A stretch of 64,000 nucleotides of DNA from an uncultured cyanobacterium (GCA_963740315.1 CAVUDP010000001.1:1280001-1344000), one strand, 5' to 3'. Shown: positions 30,301-42,123, counted from the stretch's first letter. Numbers and translations: made by a program. Notes: generated by a model from the sequence alone, not told the origin.

Positions 30301-31209
30301 TTATAAAGGCGTTAACCAATAAGTAGTTCTGCCGATAAGTTTCTTTTTAAAACCTAATTTAGGTAATTTTTCTGGTGGATAACCGACATAAGTCCAGTGT
30401 GGTACGTCATATTCTACAGTGCGATACCAACCGTTTTTATTTAAAGCTTGTATTTGCTTTTTATTAGTTGCTCCTAAATCAATTGCCAATCCCCATAAAT
30501 GTTGTGAAGTACCTGGTGGTGCTACCGTACCCAAAATTCTTCTTTCTTTTCCTTGTCTAACTAAATCTAATGTTTTAGAGTTTGTATACTTTTTCCAAAA
30601 CCTTGTAGTTGTTGCAAAACTACGCATACAGTCACTATTTCCACGTCCAGATTTAAGCCGAAATCTTGATTGACTGCGTGCTTTATTTAAAGCATCAGCA
30701 GCAGATTTTTGTAAATAACAATTGTTCGTACCCGTTACTTTTCCCTTTGTCAGAGTAGCTTGAAATTGTTGGGTTTCTCGATCGTTTTTAAATGCTACTT
30801 TTTTAGGTAATTTAATTGTTGGTTCTAAATTCACAAATGGCGCACCGTAAGCACGCAGCAAAATATATTCGTAACTATCATCCCTCGGAATTGTCGGGAA
30901 TTGATTCATCAATGCTGCAATAAATCGCTCTTTATCATTTAAAGTTCTAGCCGGAGTTTTAGTCGGTGAAGGAATTATTATTGGTGATTTTGGTTTGGGG
31001 GGAGTCGTACACTTTTTATCCAAAAGTCTATTTACCAAGCAGTTTTCTACCCGATCGATATCGCTGCTTGGCTCGCTATGAGCAATCCGATCGGTAGCAA
31101 CTAAAGTCACAACTATATATGTAACAATAATCAAAAAAGCTATTTTCCTAAAAATCATTTTCATCAATTTATCGAGTAACAGTTGATACATTTTAATTGC
31201 AAAAGCCAA
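30301..31209 (-). CDS. D-Ala-D-Ala carboxypeptidase, VanY/M15-type
   Basis: RSF, VAPPGTSQHLWGLAID (SxHxxGxAxD), DVPHW; N-terminal TM/signal; true start probably 31164. Confidence 0.85.
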   Translation of the reverse strand: MAFAIKMYQLLLDKLMKMIFRKIAFLIIVTYIVVTLVATDRIAHSEPSSDIDRVENCLVNRLLDKKCTTPPKPKSPIIIPSPTKTPARTLNDKERFIAALMNQFPTIPRDDSYEYILLRAYGAPFVNLEPTIKLPKKVAFKNDRETQQFQATLTKGKVTGTNNCYLQKSAADALNKARSQSRFRLKSGRGNSDCMRSFATTTRFWKKYTNSKTLDLVRQGKERRILGTVAPPGTSQHLWGLAIDLGATNKKQIQALNKNGWYRTVEYDVPHWTYVGYPPEKLPKLGFKKKLIGRTTYWLTPL

Positions 31210-31274
31210 ACATTAAAGTTTGAAAAATTACATTAAAATATTAAAGTAAATTTGGTTCGAGAAGTTAAATTAAC

Positions 31275-31453
31275 CTGATATCTTGCACCATTTTCGTTAA
31301 ACCTTCATAACCGCCTTGAAATCAATTTCAAGGCTCATATACAAAGTACGTTAAAACGCACTAAAAGCCCTGTTCAGTCTTCTTTAGAAGACTTTGTATA
31401 TTAGCCTGAGAATTTATTCTAAGGCGGTTGTTGAGAATGGTGCAAGATGTGAG
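31275..31453. mobile_element. MITE-like element (179 bp, 18-bp TIRs, 6-bp direct repeat ATTAAC)
   Basis: Left end CTGATATCTTGCACCATT vs reverse-complemented right end CTCACATCTTGCACCATT (16/18); ATTAAC at 31269-31274 and 31454-31459; no ORF. Confidence 0.8.
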
Positions 31454-31612
31454 ATTAACAAGACTTAGATACAAAGGTCGATCGCAACAATAATTTTCTT
31501 TTTATAAAAGAATAACAGTGGTTTTGCCCAGCATTTTATTAGTACTGTACAATCATTAAATGACTGTATCGGTTAAAATTAGATTAACCCTAAATGATGC
31601 TGAACTCTACGT

Positions 31613-33532
31613 ATGACCATGCACAATTGTGTTGAGTTCCAAGACTCTTTTGATGTCATAGTTGTTGGTGCAGGTCACTCTGGTTGTGAAGCGGCTTTAG
31701 CTACTGCACGGCTGGGCTGTCGTACCCTTCTATTGACGCTCAACTTGGATAAAATTGCTTGGCAACCCTGCAATCCTGCTGTGGGTGGTCCGGCAAAATC
31801 TCAGTTAACCCACGAAGTAGATGCGCTCGGTGGGGAAATTGGGAAAATGGCAGACCGTACTTACGTGCAAAAACGAATTCTTAATTCTTCACGGGGTCCT
31901 GCTGTATGGGCGTTACGCGCTCAAACTGATAAGCGCGAATATGCGTTGCTGATGAAGGAAATTATCGATAACCAAGATTTCCTCAGCGTCCGTGAAGCAA
32001 TGGTTACGGATTTGGTTCTGGGCAAGAATGATGATGTTATCGGCGTTCAAACTTTCTTTGGTGTCGCATTTGAATGTAAAGCTGTTGTCCTCACCACTGG
32101 TACTTTTTTGGGAGGACGAATTTGGGTTGGTAATAAATCGATGCCAGCCGGACGGGCTGGAGAATTCGCCGCCGAAGGGTTGACGCAAACTTTGCAACGT
32201 TTGGGATTTGAAACAGGTCGCCTCAAAACTGGAACTCCCGCACGAGTAGATAAGCGCACGGTTGATTACAGCCTCATGACTCCGCAACCGGGTGATGAAG
32301 ATGTTCGCTGGTTTAGTTTTGACCCGTCGGTATGGGTGGAAAAGGAACAATTGCCTTGCTACATGACTCGCACCACGGCAGAAACTCATCAATTAATTCG
32401 CGATAATCTCAATCTTTCTCCGGTATATGGTGGCTGGGTGGATGCCAAAGGACCCCGTTATTGTCCCAGCATCGAAGATAAGATTGTCCGCTTTGCCGAT
32501 AAGGAAAGCCATCAAATCTTTATTGAACCCGAAGGAAGAAATACTCCCGAACTTTATATTCAAGGGTTTTCCACAGGGTTGCCGGAAAATTTGCAACTGC
32601 GTATGTTACGTAGTCTTCCGGGTATGGAAAACTGCGTAATGTTACGTCCAGCCTATGCTGTCGAGTATGATTATTTGCCAGCGACTCAGTGTTTTCCCAC
32701 ACTAATGACCAAAAAAATCGCCGGTTTATTTTGTGCGGGACAAATTAACGGTACAACTGGCTACGAAGAAGCCGCAGCTCAAGGAATTGTTGCCGGAATT
32801 AATGCGGCGAAATTTGTCCGTAACGCGGAGATGGTTGTTTTCCCCCGCGAGCAAAGTTATATCGGCACCTTAATAGATGATTTATGCACCAAAGATTTGC
32901 GCGAACCTTACCGGGTTTTAACTAGCAGATCCGAATATCGCTTGCTGCTGCGTTCCGATAATGCCGATCGAAGATTAACGCCCCTGGGACGAGAAATTGG
33001 TTTAATTGACGATCGCCGTTGGGAATTATTCATTCGCAAACAAGAGAATATTACCGCCGAGAAAGAACGGCTGTATGCTAGGCGGGTTAAGGAAAACGAT
33101 GATGTTGGGCGAGCGATCGTAGCTGAAACCGAGCAAGTAATTAAAGGTTCAATTACCCTTGCCGACTTGTTGCGTCGTCCGAAATTTCACTACGCGGACT
33201 TAATTAAATATGAATTGGGAGCCGATTTAGAACGCGCTGAAAAAGAAGGTGCGGAAATCGATATCAAATATTCCGGTTATTTAGCCAGACAGCAGAATCA
33301 AATCGATCAAATCGCTCGTCAAGCAAATCGTTCCCTTCCTGGGGACTTGGATTATGACACCATTGATACCCTTTCCAAAGAATCGCGGGAAAAACTAAAC
33401 AAGGTAAAACCGCTCACCATCGGTCAAGCAGCACGTATCGGTGGAGTTAACCCCGCCGATGTAAATGCATTACTTATATTTTTAGAATTGCGTCAAAACC
33501 GTAAGCAGACTGAGTTTCCAGCCTTAACATGA
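31613..33532 (+). CDS. mnmG: tRNA uridine 5-carboxymethylaminomethyl modification enzyme MnmG (GidA)
   Basis: [65 protein letters not shown]. Confidence 0.98.
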   Translation: MTMHNCVEFQDSFDVIVVGAGHSGCEAALATARLGCRTLLLTLNLDKIAWQPCNPAVGGPAKSQLTHEVDALGGEIGKMADRTYVQKRILNSSRGPAVWALRAQTDKREYALLMKEIIDNQDFLSVREAMVTDLVLGKNDDVIGVQTFFGVAFECKAVVLTTGTFLGGRIWVGNKSMPAGRAGEFAAEGLTQTLQRLGFETGRLKTGTPARVDKRTVDYSLMTPQPGDEDVRWFSFDPSVWVEKEQLPCYMTRTTAETHQLIRDNLNLSPVYGGWVDAKGPRYCPSIEDKIVRFADKESHQIFIEPEGRNTPELYIQGFSTGLPENLQLRMLRSLPGMENCVMLRPAYAVEYDYLPATQCFPTLMTKKIAGLFCAGQINGTTGYEEAAAQGIVAGINAAKFVRNAEMVVFPREQSYIGTLIDDLCTKDLREPYRVLTSRSEYRLLLRSDNADRRLTPLGREIGLIDDRRWELFIRKQENITAEKERLYARRVKENDDVGRAIVAETEQVIKGSITLADLLRRPKFHYADLIKYELGADLERAEKEGAEIDIKYSGYLARQQNQIDQIARQANRSLPGDLDYDTIDTLSKESREKLNKVKPLTIGQAARIGGVNPADVNALLIFLELRQNRKQTEFPALT

Positions 33533-33790
33533 AGACAATCTTCATGAAGCACGATTATAGTAGTATGGTGTATCTAGAGAGACTGGTATGATTGATGACA
33601 TAGGAAAACGTCAAAGATCGTCAAAATCTCCCTGGTATATGTTGAAATAGATACTTAAACTTAATGAACTCTTGCGTAACTACTTAGTAAGCAAACAGTT
33701 CTTTTTAGATTCACATTTGCAACGGCACATTTAAAAGGGTAAAGATTTCATAAATCGCCTTGAAGAAACGAATTATTACTGAAAATCGTT

Positions 33791-35119
33791 ATGTCTAAAA
33801 CAGCAACCACAAACCTCGTACTTCCAGAACCCTCCCAAGAGTTAATCGTCAGCGAACCTTGGACGATGGAAACTTATGCAGATGACTTGATGGATCAAAT
33901 TTTTGCCGATCTTGATTGCGTTCTCGATGGAAGCAGTAATCTTAGTTCGCAAATCGTTCAAGCACAACAGATAACGCTCGATCGCGCTAGCTTACCGCAA
34001 TTAGTTGCGCCACCAACCATCATCAGTTCCATCGGGGATGAGCAACGCCGCCATCAAGTTCAACACACCGTAGCGAACAAACCTTTAAAAACAACTCAAA
34101 GAATAAAAAAACCGCGTCGTAAAATTTGGCGCAACCTCAGACAACTACTTACAGTTGGCGCAGGTATGGGATTGGCGATCGCCGCGATCAATTGGGCGAT
34201 CGGCAACGGGTTTTTGAATCGTCTCACCTCCACATCGATGCAATTTGCTTTGCAGGAACCAGCATTACAGCAAAAAGTATTGCAGCCACAAAGTACAGCA
34301 CCCACCCAAGCTGAAATTAAATCAGATTTAGTTGACTATATGCTGGGTGCGCTAACAATTATCGAAAGACAACAAGACGATTTACGGGATACAGCTACTA
34401 GCAACGTTGCGATCGCTACTCCCGTACCCGCGAATCAAACAGCCCTAGCTTACCCCAACCAACCAGTCACAAATGTTCCGGCACCAAGGATTGCTAACAA
34501 CGCCAAACCGTCACCCACTCGTACCACCAGCACCAGAGTTGTAGAAAGAATCTACATACCCGTATATCAAGCGCCGCAACCGATGCGGTACGCACCTCCA
34601 GTCGTAGCTCAAGCACCAGCACCAACACCTTTACCGCCAGTTACCACGGCTTCTATTGAAGTTGCACCAAAGCCATCCGACACCAAAGCCAAAAAACCCG
34701 CACCTGTAAAAGCCGCCAAAACCAAACCACCAGAGAAAATTGCAGCTTTCGCCTCTATCAGAGAAATCAAACCATTAGCGGTAAAAACCAAACCAGTTAA
34801 TGTAAGGCAAGCTCCCGAAATTCCTAAAATGAAAGAGCCTGCAAAAGTTATCGCACCACAACAAACCGCAACTTCCCCAGCCCCACAACCAGAGCAGAAA
34901 GTAGCATCAGTTCCAGCTTCTTCCCACGTATTGGAAGGATTATTAGAGCTAGGAGAACAATCTGCGGCATTATTTAAAGTCAACGGCATAACCCGCCGCA
35001 TCAAATTAGGCGAAAACATCGGCGCTAGCGGTTGGACATTAGTAGACGTAGCCAACGGAGAAGCCATCATTCGCCGCAACGGAGAAGTGCGTTCAATTTT
35101 CGCAGGACAAAAGTTTTAA
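33791..35119 (+). CDS. Pro/Ala-rich single-TM hypothetical protein with a C-terminal beta domain (GspC/PilP-like, tentative)
   Basis: One TM helix, long proline-rich linker, LEGLLELG..AALF..GE.IG.SGWTLV..EAIIRRNGE. Confidence 0.6.
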   Translation: MSKTATTNLVLPEPSQELIVSEPWTMETYADDLMDQIFADLDCVLDGSSNLSSQIVQAQQITLDRASLPQLVAPPTIISSIGDEQRRHQVQHTVANKPLKTTQRIKKPRRKIWRNLRQLLTVGAGMGLAIAAINWAIGNGFLNRLTSTSMQFALQEPALQQKVLQPQSTAPTQAEIKSDLVDYMLGALTIIERQQDDLRDTATSNVAIATPVPANQTALAYPNQPVTNVPAPRIANNAKPSPTRTTSTRVVERIYIPVYQAPQPMRYAPPVVAQAPAPTPLPPVTTASIEVAPKPSDTKAKKPAPVKAAKTKPPEKIAAFASIREIKPLAVKTKPVNVRQAPEIPKMKEPAKVIAPQQTATSPAPQPEQKVASVPASSHVLEGLLELGEQSAALFKVNGITRRIKLGENIGASGWTLVDVANGEAIIRRNGEVRSIFAGQKF

Positions 35120-35383
35120 TTAATAATTGATAATTGCTAATTAACCGAATTTAGACATGAACGCCATTTTTATGACAGCGTGCAAATAATCTACTTGGCT
35201 TTCCAGACGTGTATTAACAGTACATTAGCCTGTTATTAACAACATATCATCAGGGCAATCAAAAAAAAAGCATCTACGGCAACAAATTTTGAATCAGTTA
35301 GCAGTTAGCAGTTGTTAACTGCGTGGATTGTTAATTAGTCGATCGCGTACTTATATTGCAAACTTTATACAAATATTTAGATA

Positions 35384-35565
35384 GGTTCGTAGTAAGAACT
35401 TTAGTTCTCAGATTAAGGCATCAAGCTCTGACTACGAACCCTCTTACCCTTAAAAACTAACGCCATAGAGTCATTCAACTCGTACAGAACTTACGATAGA
35501 TGGTGCGTGACGCTACAAACCGGCGTTGCTACGTTCAAACGAGATAAATGCGTCACACACCCTAC
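35384..35565. repeat. Two REP-like double-hairpin elements
   Basis: GGTTCGTAGT..ACTACGAACC (35384-35440) and GATGGTGCGTGACGC..GCGTCACACACCCTAC (35499-35565). Confidence 0.75.
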
Positions 35566-35647
35566 AAGAAAAATGTGCCAGTTACGGCGATTCCTATCGT
35601 ATTATTAATTATTTACTGGTCACTGGTAACTGCTCACTGCTAACTGT

Positions 35648-37123
35648 TCACTGCTCCACCCATACGGAAACGGAACCACCATTGCAGCGAAACTCAGCCC
35701 AACCCCACTCGTTGGTGCAAACGGGTTCCTTGACGTGTTCGGTTAAGTCGTAATATTTGGTATTGGGTTTACCGACTTCCATCCATTTAGTTCCCCCCGC
35801 ACCGTTGCTCATAATTACTGCCATTGCTTTGGGATGTTCTGCATTACCTAATCTTGTCCAGCCGATGATGTCCCAATGGTCAAAGTAATTATACTGATAG
35901 CCATAGGCAAAATTCTGACGAGCATAAAGGAATTTATCAATTAGCCACTGATGGGAAGGTAGATAAATTGGGTAACGATCGCCATCTCTTCCATAGTCTT
36001 CATATTCCGCGCCGTAGTAGTCGGCATAAAATACGCAGGGATAGCCTTCTTGACGCAGTAAAATTAAGGCATATGCCAAAGGTTTAAACCAAGGCTCCAC
36101 GGGGGCTTCTAATGCTTGCAACGGCTGTGAATCGTGATTTTCGACAAAAGTGACGGCATGGGTGGGGCGCTGCATCACAAACGTATTATCAAAAATGCGC
36201 CGCATATCGTAGCGATCGCCGGATTTACTAGCGTAGTGAAAATTATAGTGCAGCGGTACGTCAAAAAGCGACATTCTTCCACCTACCGCATCAGCAAACC
36301 AGTGCAAAGTATTGATATCGTTATACCAATATTCACCTACTGTAAATAAATCTTTACCAGCATGACGTTCCATTTCATCCAGCCATATCGGGAAAAACCA
36401 TGATGAAATGTGTTTGATAGCGTCTAAGCGGAAACCATTTACACCCGTTGTATCGAGATACCATTTACCCCAATTAATAACTTCATCTTGGACTTCCTTG
36501 CTTTGAAAATCGCAATCGCTTCCCATTAAATAAGAGAAATTGCCGTTTTCCAAAGCAACATAATCATCAAACACCTTACCTTCGAGTAGATATATAGTTG
36601 AAGAATCTTGAGTGTATTCGTCATAATCTACTGCATCAAAATGCCACCAATGCCACTCAAATTTAGAATATTTACCTTTTCTGCCGGGAAACTTGTAGTG
36701 GGTATAGCACTTGATATCGCGCATCCCACCTTTAGGATTTAACCTGTCATTTTGAGAAAAAGGAGTTGCTTTAGCGATTTCTGTATCATCACCACCAATC
36801 CGGTGATTCAATACCGTATCCGCATAAACCTGAATGCCCGCACTTTGCAGAGATTTGACTGCGCTTAAATATTCTTTGCGATCGCCATACTTAGTACGAA
36901 TAGTTCCTTTTTGTTCAAATTCTCCCAAATCGTACATATCGTAAACAGCATATCCCACATCGTAAGTTCCACCCATTCCCTTATAAGCAGGTGGAAGCCA
37001 CATAGCCGTAAAACCCGCATCACTTAGCTCTTTGGCTGTTGATTTAACTTTATCCCACAGCATTCCATCATCGGGGATATACCAGTGGAAATACTGCATC
37101 ATCGTACCGTTTATATTTGACAT
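35648..37123 (-). CDS. amyA: Cytoplasmic alpha-amylase (GH13, AmyA-type)
   Basis: TMMQYFHWY, WLPPAYKG, DVGYAVYD, GFRLDAIKH, GEYW, FVENHDSQP. Confidence 0.93.
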   Translation of the reverse strand: MSNINGTMMQYFHWYIPDDGMLWDKVKSTAKELSDAGFTAMWLPPAYKGMGGTYDVGYAVYDMYDLGEFEQKGTIRTKYGDRKEYLSAVKSLQSAGIQVYADTVLNHRIGGDDTEIAKATPFSQNDRLNPKGGMRDIKCYTHYKFPGRKGKYSKFEWHWWHFDAVDYDEYTQDSSTIYLLEGKVFDDYVALENGNFSYLMGSDCDFQSKEVQDEVINWGKWYLDTTGVNGFRLDAIKHISSWFFPIWLDEMERHAGKDLFTVGEYWYNDINTLHWFADAVGGRMSLFDVPLHYNFHYASKSGDRYDMRRIFDNTFVMQRPTHAVTFVENHDSQPLQALEAPVEPWFKPLAYALILLRQEGYPCVFYADYYGAEYEDYGRDGDRYPIYLPSHQWLIDKFLYARQNFAYGYQYNYFDHWDIIGWTRLGNAEHPKAMAVIMSNGAGGTKWMEVGKPNTKYYDLTEHVKEPVCTNEWGWAEFRCNGGSVSVWVEQ

Positions 37124-37217
37124 GGTAGTGCTGCCGATCGCTGTACATTAAGCACTATAGTCTCTTAAAAAGTAATAGGCAAAAATATCACTAAGTTATG
37201 CAGTAATTTATCAAAAA

Positions 37218-37270
37218 GGTTTGTAGTAAGGACTTTAGTCCTCAAAGAGCTAAAGCTCTTACTACGAACC
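37218..37270. repeat. REP-like double hairpin (GTAGTAAGG family)
   Basis: GGTTTGTAGTAAGGACTTTAGTCCT..AGAGCTAAAGCTCTTACTACGAACC. Confidence 0.8.
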
Positions 37271-37284
37271 AAAAATATCAGCAA

Positions 37285-39843
37285 TTAACTCCCCGCACAA
37301 TTAACATTTTTTTGCAAATTCCCTGAATCACCATTACTTTGAGCAACAAATTCAATATTACCTTCAGCATCAATTACCATACCAGTTGCTTCTACAATTC
37401 GTTTTGGTAAGGTTGGTTTCTGAGAAATTGGGCTTCTATTATTAGTAACATCAATTTCGCGCAAATCATTCCAGACAATTTGACTTTGTATATCATTCGG
37501 ATTAGCAGGAAAACCACCTTTACCTGTAATTGCAAAACTATTACCGCTATTCGCACTACAGCCAGCGGCAATCTGTTGATTAGAATCTATTACATCATTC
37601 GGTAATTCGATTGCTCCCGAAGTAGGATTTACATTCAAATTATTGATTTTAACAACACCATTAACGCCAAATTCAGAACTTGCTGTAATATCGCTTTCTT
37701 CGGTTAACTTTTCGCGAAACTGTAAACCAAAAATACCTTGAGTTGTAATATCTATATTTCCACCATTGCCTTGAAAAGCGTTAGCAATAATATCGCTATT
37801 TTCTACACCTACAATTACTGGAGAATCAATCGTAATATTTCCACCATTACCAGTACTTCCGGCTTCTGCTGAAATTGTACTGTTATTACGTATTAATAAC
37901 TTTTCTTGTAAATTAAAAACAATATTTCCGCCTTCACCAGAAGCAGTTGTTGCTGTAATACTACCTTGATTCAACTCTACCGAATCAGCATCAATTTTCA
38001 GCATACCAGCAGTACCAATACCAAAATTTCCCACGCTCACTCCTGCATAGTCGCTGATTTTTAAATTAGGCGTGCGGATGGTGACATCTCCAGCATCACC
38101 AAGCGCAGCATAAGTTGAAAGATTATCAATAATATTAGAACTTGTCGTACCTACTGTTGAGCTTATATTGCTTGCATAATTTTGTTCCGGTATTGCTCCA
38201 GTGACTTCTACTGATTCAGTTGCATTAACCGAAACCTTCCCAGCATTACCAATGCCTAAGTGAGTAGTTGAAACAGTACCTCCATCTTTTAAGGAAAGAG
38301 TACCTGTATTTAGCTTAATAGTGCCAGAATCTCCCTGACGATAACCAATGCTAGCAATAGAAGTAGGTGTAAATAAATCAGGTGATGCATTTATTCCTGA
38401 TAATTCTATTGCATCTGCATCAATTTGGATATTACCACCATTTCCATCACCATACGTTTGCGTCGCTAGAAACGAACCATTTTGCATTGAAAGCTGCTGT
38501 GTTTTTATATTTACGTCTCCACCGATAGCTGTTGATGCAGTTGGATCTGTAGGTTTTTTTGGATAATAATAAGTAGCAGTTCCTAAAGAATTTAGAATGC
38601 TATTTTTTGGCGAAGCATCTAGCATTACTAAATATTCAGTTGTATTTATATTTATATTACCGCTGGGTGCTGGTGTATATGTTCTATTTTCAATCGCCGT
38701 ACCGTTTTGCAAACTCAAGCCTTTGGCAGAAATATTAATATTACCGCTTGCACCAAATCCGATAGTTTCATTAACAATACTGCTTCGCAAAGTTTCGTCA
38801 GCATTCATCCCATTTAACGACAGCACTTCGCTAGCATTAATATTAATATCTCCCCCTGGTTGAAAACCAAAACCTTGATTTTTACTCCAAATTACCGAAC
38901 CATTATTTATATCAATATTTCTTCCTCGCACCTGTATCGAACCCGCACCTTCACCACTTACATTTAAAAGCGACTTTTGATTTAATTTAATATCTTTATA
39001 GTTGGAAATATCGTTATATTTAAGCTTAAACCCTTCTTTTATGGAATTTAACTCAACTTTATCATTACTACCTAAACTTCCTAACTCAATACGTCCGCTA
39101 GCAGCAGTCAAACTACCACCATTTAAATTAATATCGCTTCCTACCAAAGCTAAAGTATTTCCCGTTTTTACCTTTAAACCAGGTGCGAATCCGAGGGAGA
39201 AATAAGGTGTAAAAATAGGATCTTCGGCAACTATATCGTGTCCGTAACCATTTACTTGAATCGCTCCCGGATTTTGCCCCATTTGCAAACCCAGAGGCAT
39301 ATTAATAGTTAATAAAGGTGGTGAATAAGTATCATCCGCGCTAAACTTCCAACCGTTGCCGAATTCAATACTACTTGCAGTACTACCAATAAACGAACCA
39401 CCAATATCTAAAGCCGCATTTTGACCAAATACAATTCCATTCGGATTAATTAAAAATACATTTGCATTACCGTTTGCTTTAATTAAACCGTCTATATTAG
39501 ATATGTTTCCACCCGTCACCCGATTGATAATATTTACCACATCCGCAGAGTTATTAAATACAGCAGAGCCACCTGTAGGTATAGAAAACTCTTTAAAACT
39601 ATGGAAGAGATTATTATTAATACGATTGGAATTATTTATACTGTCAATAATAAAGTTTAAGTTGTCTGTAGAAGTTACCCGTGTTGGTAAAGTACCATCA
39701 GCACTAACTTTTTGAGCGTTAGCAGAGGTAGGTAATATTAACCCAGAAATAATAAAAGATGTGAAGCAAAATGAGTAATATTGTTTTTTTAAACCCTGAA
39801 ACATAATCCAAATCTCTAAAAGTGTTAGTAATATGGTTCCCAC
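37285..39843 (-). CDS. Filamentous-hemagglutinin N-terminal (TPS) domain exoprotein
   Basis: NLFHSFKEFS, NRVTGG.SNIDG, NPNGIVFG, GGNI beta-helix repeats, SDITASSEFG; likely start ATG 39804. Confidence 0.9.
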   Translation of the reverse strand: MGTILLTLLEIWIMFQGLKKQYYSFCFTSFIISGLILPTSANAQKVSADGTLPTRVTSTDNLNFIIDSINNSNRINNNLFHSFKEFSIPTGGSAVFNNSADVVNIINRVTGGNISNIDGLIKANGNANVFLINPNGIVFGQNAALDIGGSFIGSTASSIEFGNGWKFSADDTYSPPLLTINMPLGLQMGQNPGAIQVNGYGHDIVAEDPIFTPYFSLGFAPGLKVKTGNTLALVGSDINLNGGSLTAASGRIELGSLGSNDKVELNSIKEGFKLKYNDISNYKDIKLNQKSLLNVSGEGAGSIQVRGRNIDINNGSVIWSKNQGFGFQPGGDININASEVLSLNGMNADETLRSSIVNETIGFGASGNINISAKGLSLQNGTAIENRTYTPAPSGNININTTEYLVMLDASPKNSILNSLGTATYYYPKKPTDPTASTAIGGDVNIKTQQLSMQNGSFLATQTYGDGNGGNIQIDADAIELSGINASPDLFTPTSIASIGYRQGDSGTIKLNTGTLSLKDGGTVSTTHLGIGNAGKVSVNATESVEVTGAIPEQNYASNISSTVGTTSSNIIDNLSTYAALGDAGDVTIRTPNLKISDYAGVSVGNFGIGTAGMLKIDADSVELNQGSITATTASGEGGNIVFNLQEKLLIRNNSTISAEAGSTGNGGNITIDSPVIVGVENSDIIANAFQGNGGNIDITTQGIFGLQFREKLTEESDITASSEFGVNGVVKINNLNVNPTSGAIELPNDVIDSNQQIAAGCSANSGNSFAITGKGGFPANPNDIQSQIVWNDLREIDVTNNRSPISQKPTLPKRIVEATGMVIDAEGNIEFVAQSNGDSGNLQKNVNCAGS

Positions 39844-40007
39844 TTTTAAAGAAAAATCAACATTTTTTGTAAATTGCGATACGCCTTAGCGTCTAGCTTC
39901 GCTAATCGCGATATACCAAAAGTGTAGAGACGTTGCAGTGCAACGTCTCCAAATATAATTATGTAACAAATAAATTCCTGAAATTAAATCAAACAATCCA
40001 ATATTTC

Positions 40008-40301
40008 CTATTGCCAAGTCGCCACATCTCGAAATACTTGAGGTATCTGTGTAGATTGAGGAAATTCTAAGATTGTCTCTCTAACACCCAAATATCCCGA
40101 CTCCGTAAAAGACATCAACATCCTTCCTAAAGCAAACCAAACCTCACTTTCATACTCCCAATCGCCATAACGCCCAGCTTTACCCGCAATCGATCGCAAC
40201 GCCCAAAAATAACTATTCCTCACCACCGAGCCGCCTTTTTTATACTCCGGTATATCTTCGTGGCTTATATATATTAAGTCGTCTTCGATTCTAGCTTTCA
40301 T
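40008..40301 (-). CDS. Hypothetical protein
   Basis: Clean 97-aa ORF with protein-like composition; no family recognised. Confidence 0.65.
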   Translation of the reverse strand: MKARIEDDLIYISHEDIPEYKKGGSVVRNSYFWALRSIAGKAGRYGDWEYESEVWFALGRMLMSFTESGYLGVRETILEFPQSTQIPQVFRDVATWQ

Positions 40302-40306
40302 AATTA

Positions 40307-40570
40307 CAGTGAGCAGTGAGCAGTGAGCAGTGAGCAGTGAGCAGTGAGCAGTGAGCAGTGAGCAGTGAGCAGTGAGCAGTGAGCAGTGAGCAGTGAGCAG
40401 TGAGCAGTGAGCAGTGAGCAGTTAACAGTTAACAGTTAACAGTTAGGAGTTAGGAGTTAGGAATTAGGGGTTAGTTGTTAGTTGTTAGTTGTTAGTTGTT
40501 AATTTTTCTCCCCCCGTCTCCCCATCTCCCCATCTCCCCATCTCCCCATCTACCCCCTCTACCCATCTCT
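40307..40570. repeat. Composite STRR: CAGTGAG x~16, CAGTTAA, GAGTTAG, GTTAGTT, then CCCCATCT
   Basis: Read directly. Confidence 0.95.
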
Positions 40571-41516
40571 ATCCCCAATTCCCCATGCCCAATTGATTCG
40601 CAATTTCCACTTTATTAGCTATTTGCTGCTGCACGGTTTTAATTAACTTAACCGTTCTTTGATAAGCTATTGTTTCTTTTCTATTTATAAAATAAGCTGC
40701 GGCTGTTTGTAAATCTTCGATCGCGGCTTGTTCGTAACCGAGATTATGATAAGCTACACCACGATTTACATAGGCGATCGCATTATTGGGATTCAGCTTT
40801 ACTACTTGATTAAAATCGCGCAATGCTCCCCAATTATCCCGGCTTTTAGCACAGGCACAACCACGGTTAAAATAAGCTCTACTATCTGTTGAATTCAACC
40901 GAATCGCTTTGGAAAAATCAAGTAAAGCAGCCGGTAAATTCTGTAATTCAAAATTAACTAAACCTCTATCGTTATAAATATCTGCCAACGAAGAACTTGA
41001 TAATTGAGAAGTTTGAGTTAAAGCCAAATTATAATCTTGAATTGCCCCTTGATGATTCTTCAATGCAGCATTAGCGATACCTCGGTTATAGTATGCTCGA
41101 AAATCATGGGGTTTGAGTTTAATAGCTCGATCGTTATCTAAAATCGCCGCTTGATAATTTCCCAGTCTATATTCAGCAAGTCCCCGATTTAGATAAGCTT
41201 CCGTATTATCTGGGACAAAATTTAACGCTACAGTACAATCTGCGATCGCATTATGGTATTCTTCTAATTGAAGGTAAGCTAAACAACGATTGCTGTAAGC
41301 TGCGCCAGAATTCTTCTTTAACTCGATTGCTTGAGTAAAGTTTTTAATAGCTTGTTGATAATTACCAAGCTGAATATTCTGTACTCCCATTTGCAAAAAT
41401 TCACTTATCGTAACTCGATCGGAACTTGTTAGTGAATATACGGGAGAAATTATAAAAAAGCAGTTAATCGCAACAATAACAATAAAATTAATCGCAAATC
41501 GGTAGCAGCAATTCAT
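40569..41516 (-). CDS. TPR-repeat protein with N-terminal signal/TM segment
   Basis: About 7 AY.NRG..A..D...A TPR motifs. Confidence 0.9.
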   Translation of the reverse strand: MNCCYRFAINFIVIVAINCFFIISPVYSLTSSDRVTISEFLQMGVQNIQLGNYQQAIKNFTQAIELKKNSGAAYSNRCLAYLQLEEYHNAIADCTVALNFVPDNTEAYLNRGLAEYRLGNYQAAILDNDRAIKLKPHDFRAYYNRGIANAALKNHQGAIQDYNLALTQTSQLSSSSLADIYNDRGLVNFELQNLPAALLDFSKAIRLNSTDSRAYFNRGCACAKSRDNWGALRDFNQVVKLNPNNAIAYVNRGVAYHNLGYEQAAIEDLQTAAAYFINRKETIAYQRTVKLIKTVQQQIANKVEIANQLGMGNWG

Positions 41517-41692
41517 AACTTATATTCCTAAATGAATTGTTGAGATAATTATAAGCTTATACAAATGAAGCCCACGGAGGTGGGCTTTGTAGTATTAGCC
41601 CGTCGGCTCCTTCTAGGCTGCGGGCTTTCCTTCACTTTTCGCTATTTCAAACTAAATACGCTTATTCGCGGAGTAATTGTAAATAGTCTTTC

Positions 41693-42022
41693 TTACCAAC
41701 CAGCTTCAGATTTAGACAAAACGTAATCAGCTACATCTTGAATTTGTGAATCTTTCAAACGCCCTCTGAAAGCAGGCATAGCATTTTTACCATTAGTAAC
41801 TTGGGTTACAATAGCTTCTACCGAATTCATACCATACTTTTCCAAATCTGCTTTACTAAGGCTTTTATTGGCTTGAACCAAATTTCTACCACCTGCATGG
41901 CAAGAAGCGCAATTAGCATTAAACACAGCACCACCAGAGGCTGCATCAGCTAAAGCAGGGCGATTAAAAGCGAAACTAAAAATTGCTACACCAAGTAACA
42001 ATATTGAAACAATCTTTTTCAT
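41693..42022 (-). CDS. petJ: Cytochrome c6
   Basis: Signal peptide ending ALA, CASCH heme motif, [15 protein letters not shown]. Confidence 0.95.
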   Translation of the reverse strand: MKKIVSILLLGVAIFSFAFNRPALADAASGGAVFNANCASCHAGGRNLVQANKSLSKADLEKYGMNSVEAIVTQVTNGKNAMPAFRGRLKDSQIQDVADYVLSKSEAGW

Positions 42023-42123
42023 TCTCTGTGTTCTCTCTACGAATCAAGGATAAGCAAATACAATATCCGATCGTTATTCTCCCGCCTCACCGCTTTTTCC
42101 GTCAAATGACAGCTTGTCATAGT

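Noticed and set aside
31913..35079. Several short antisense or out-of-frame ORFs in mnmG and the Pro-rich gene (and similar ones across the track)
   Set aside because: Shadow ORFs of well-supported genes with no recognisable motifs.
35140..35290. Possible pseudogene remnant on the minus strand
   Set aside because: Short interrupted frame with no family I can recognise.
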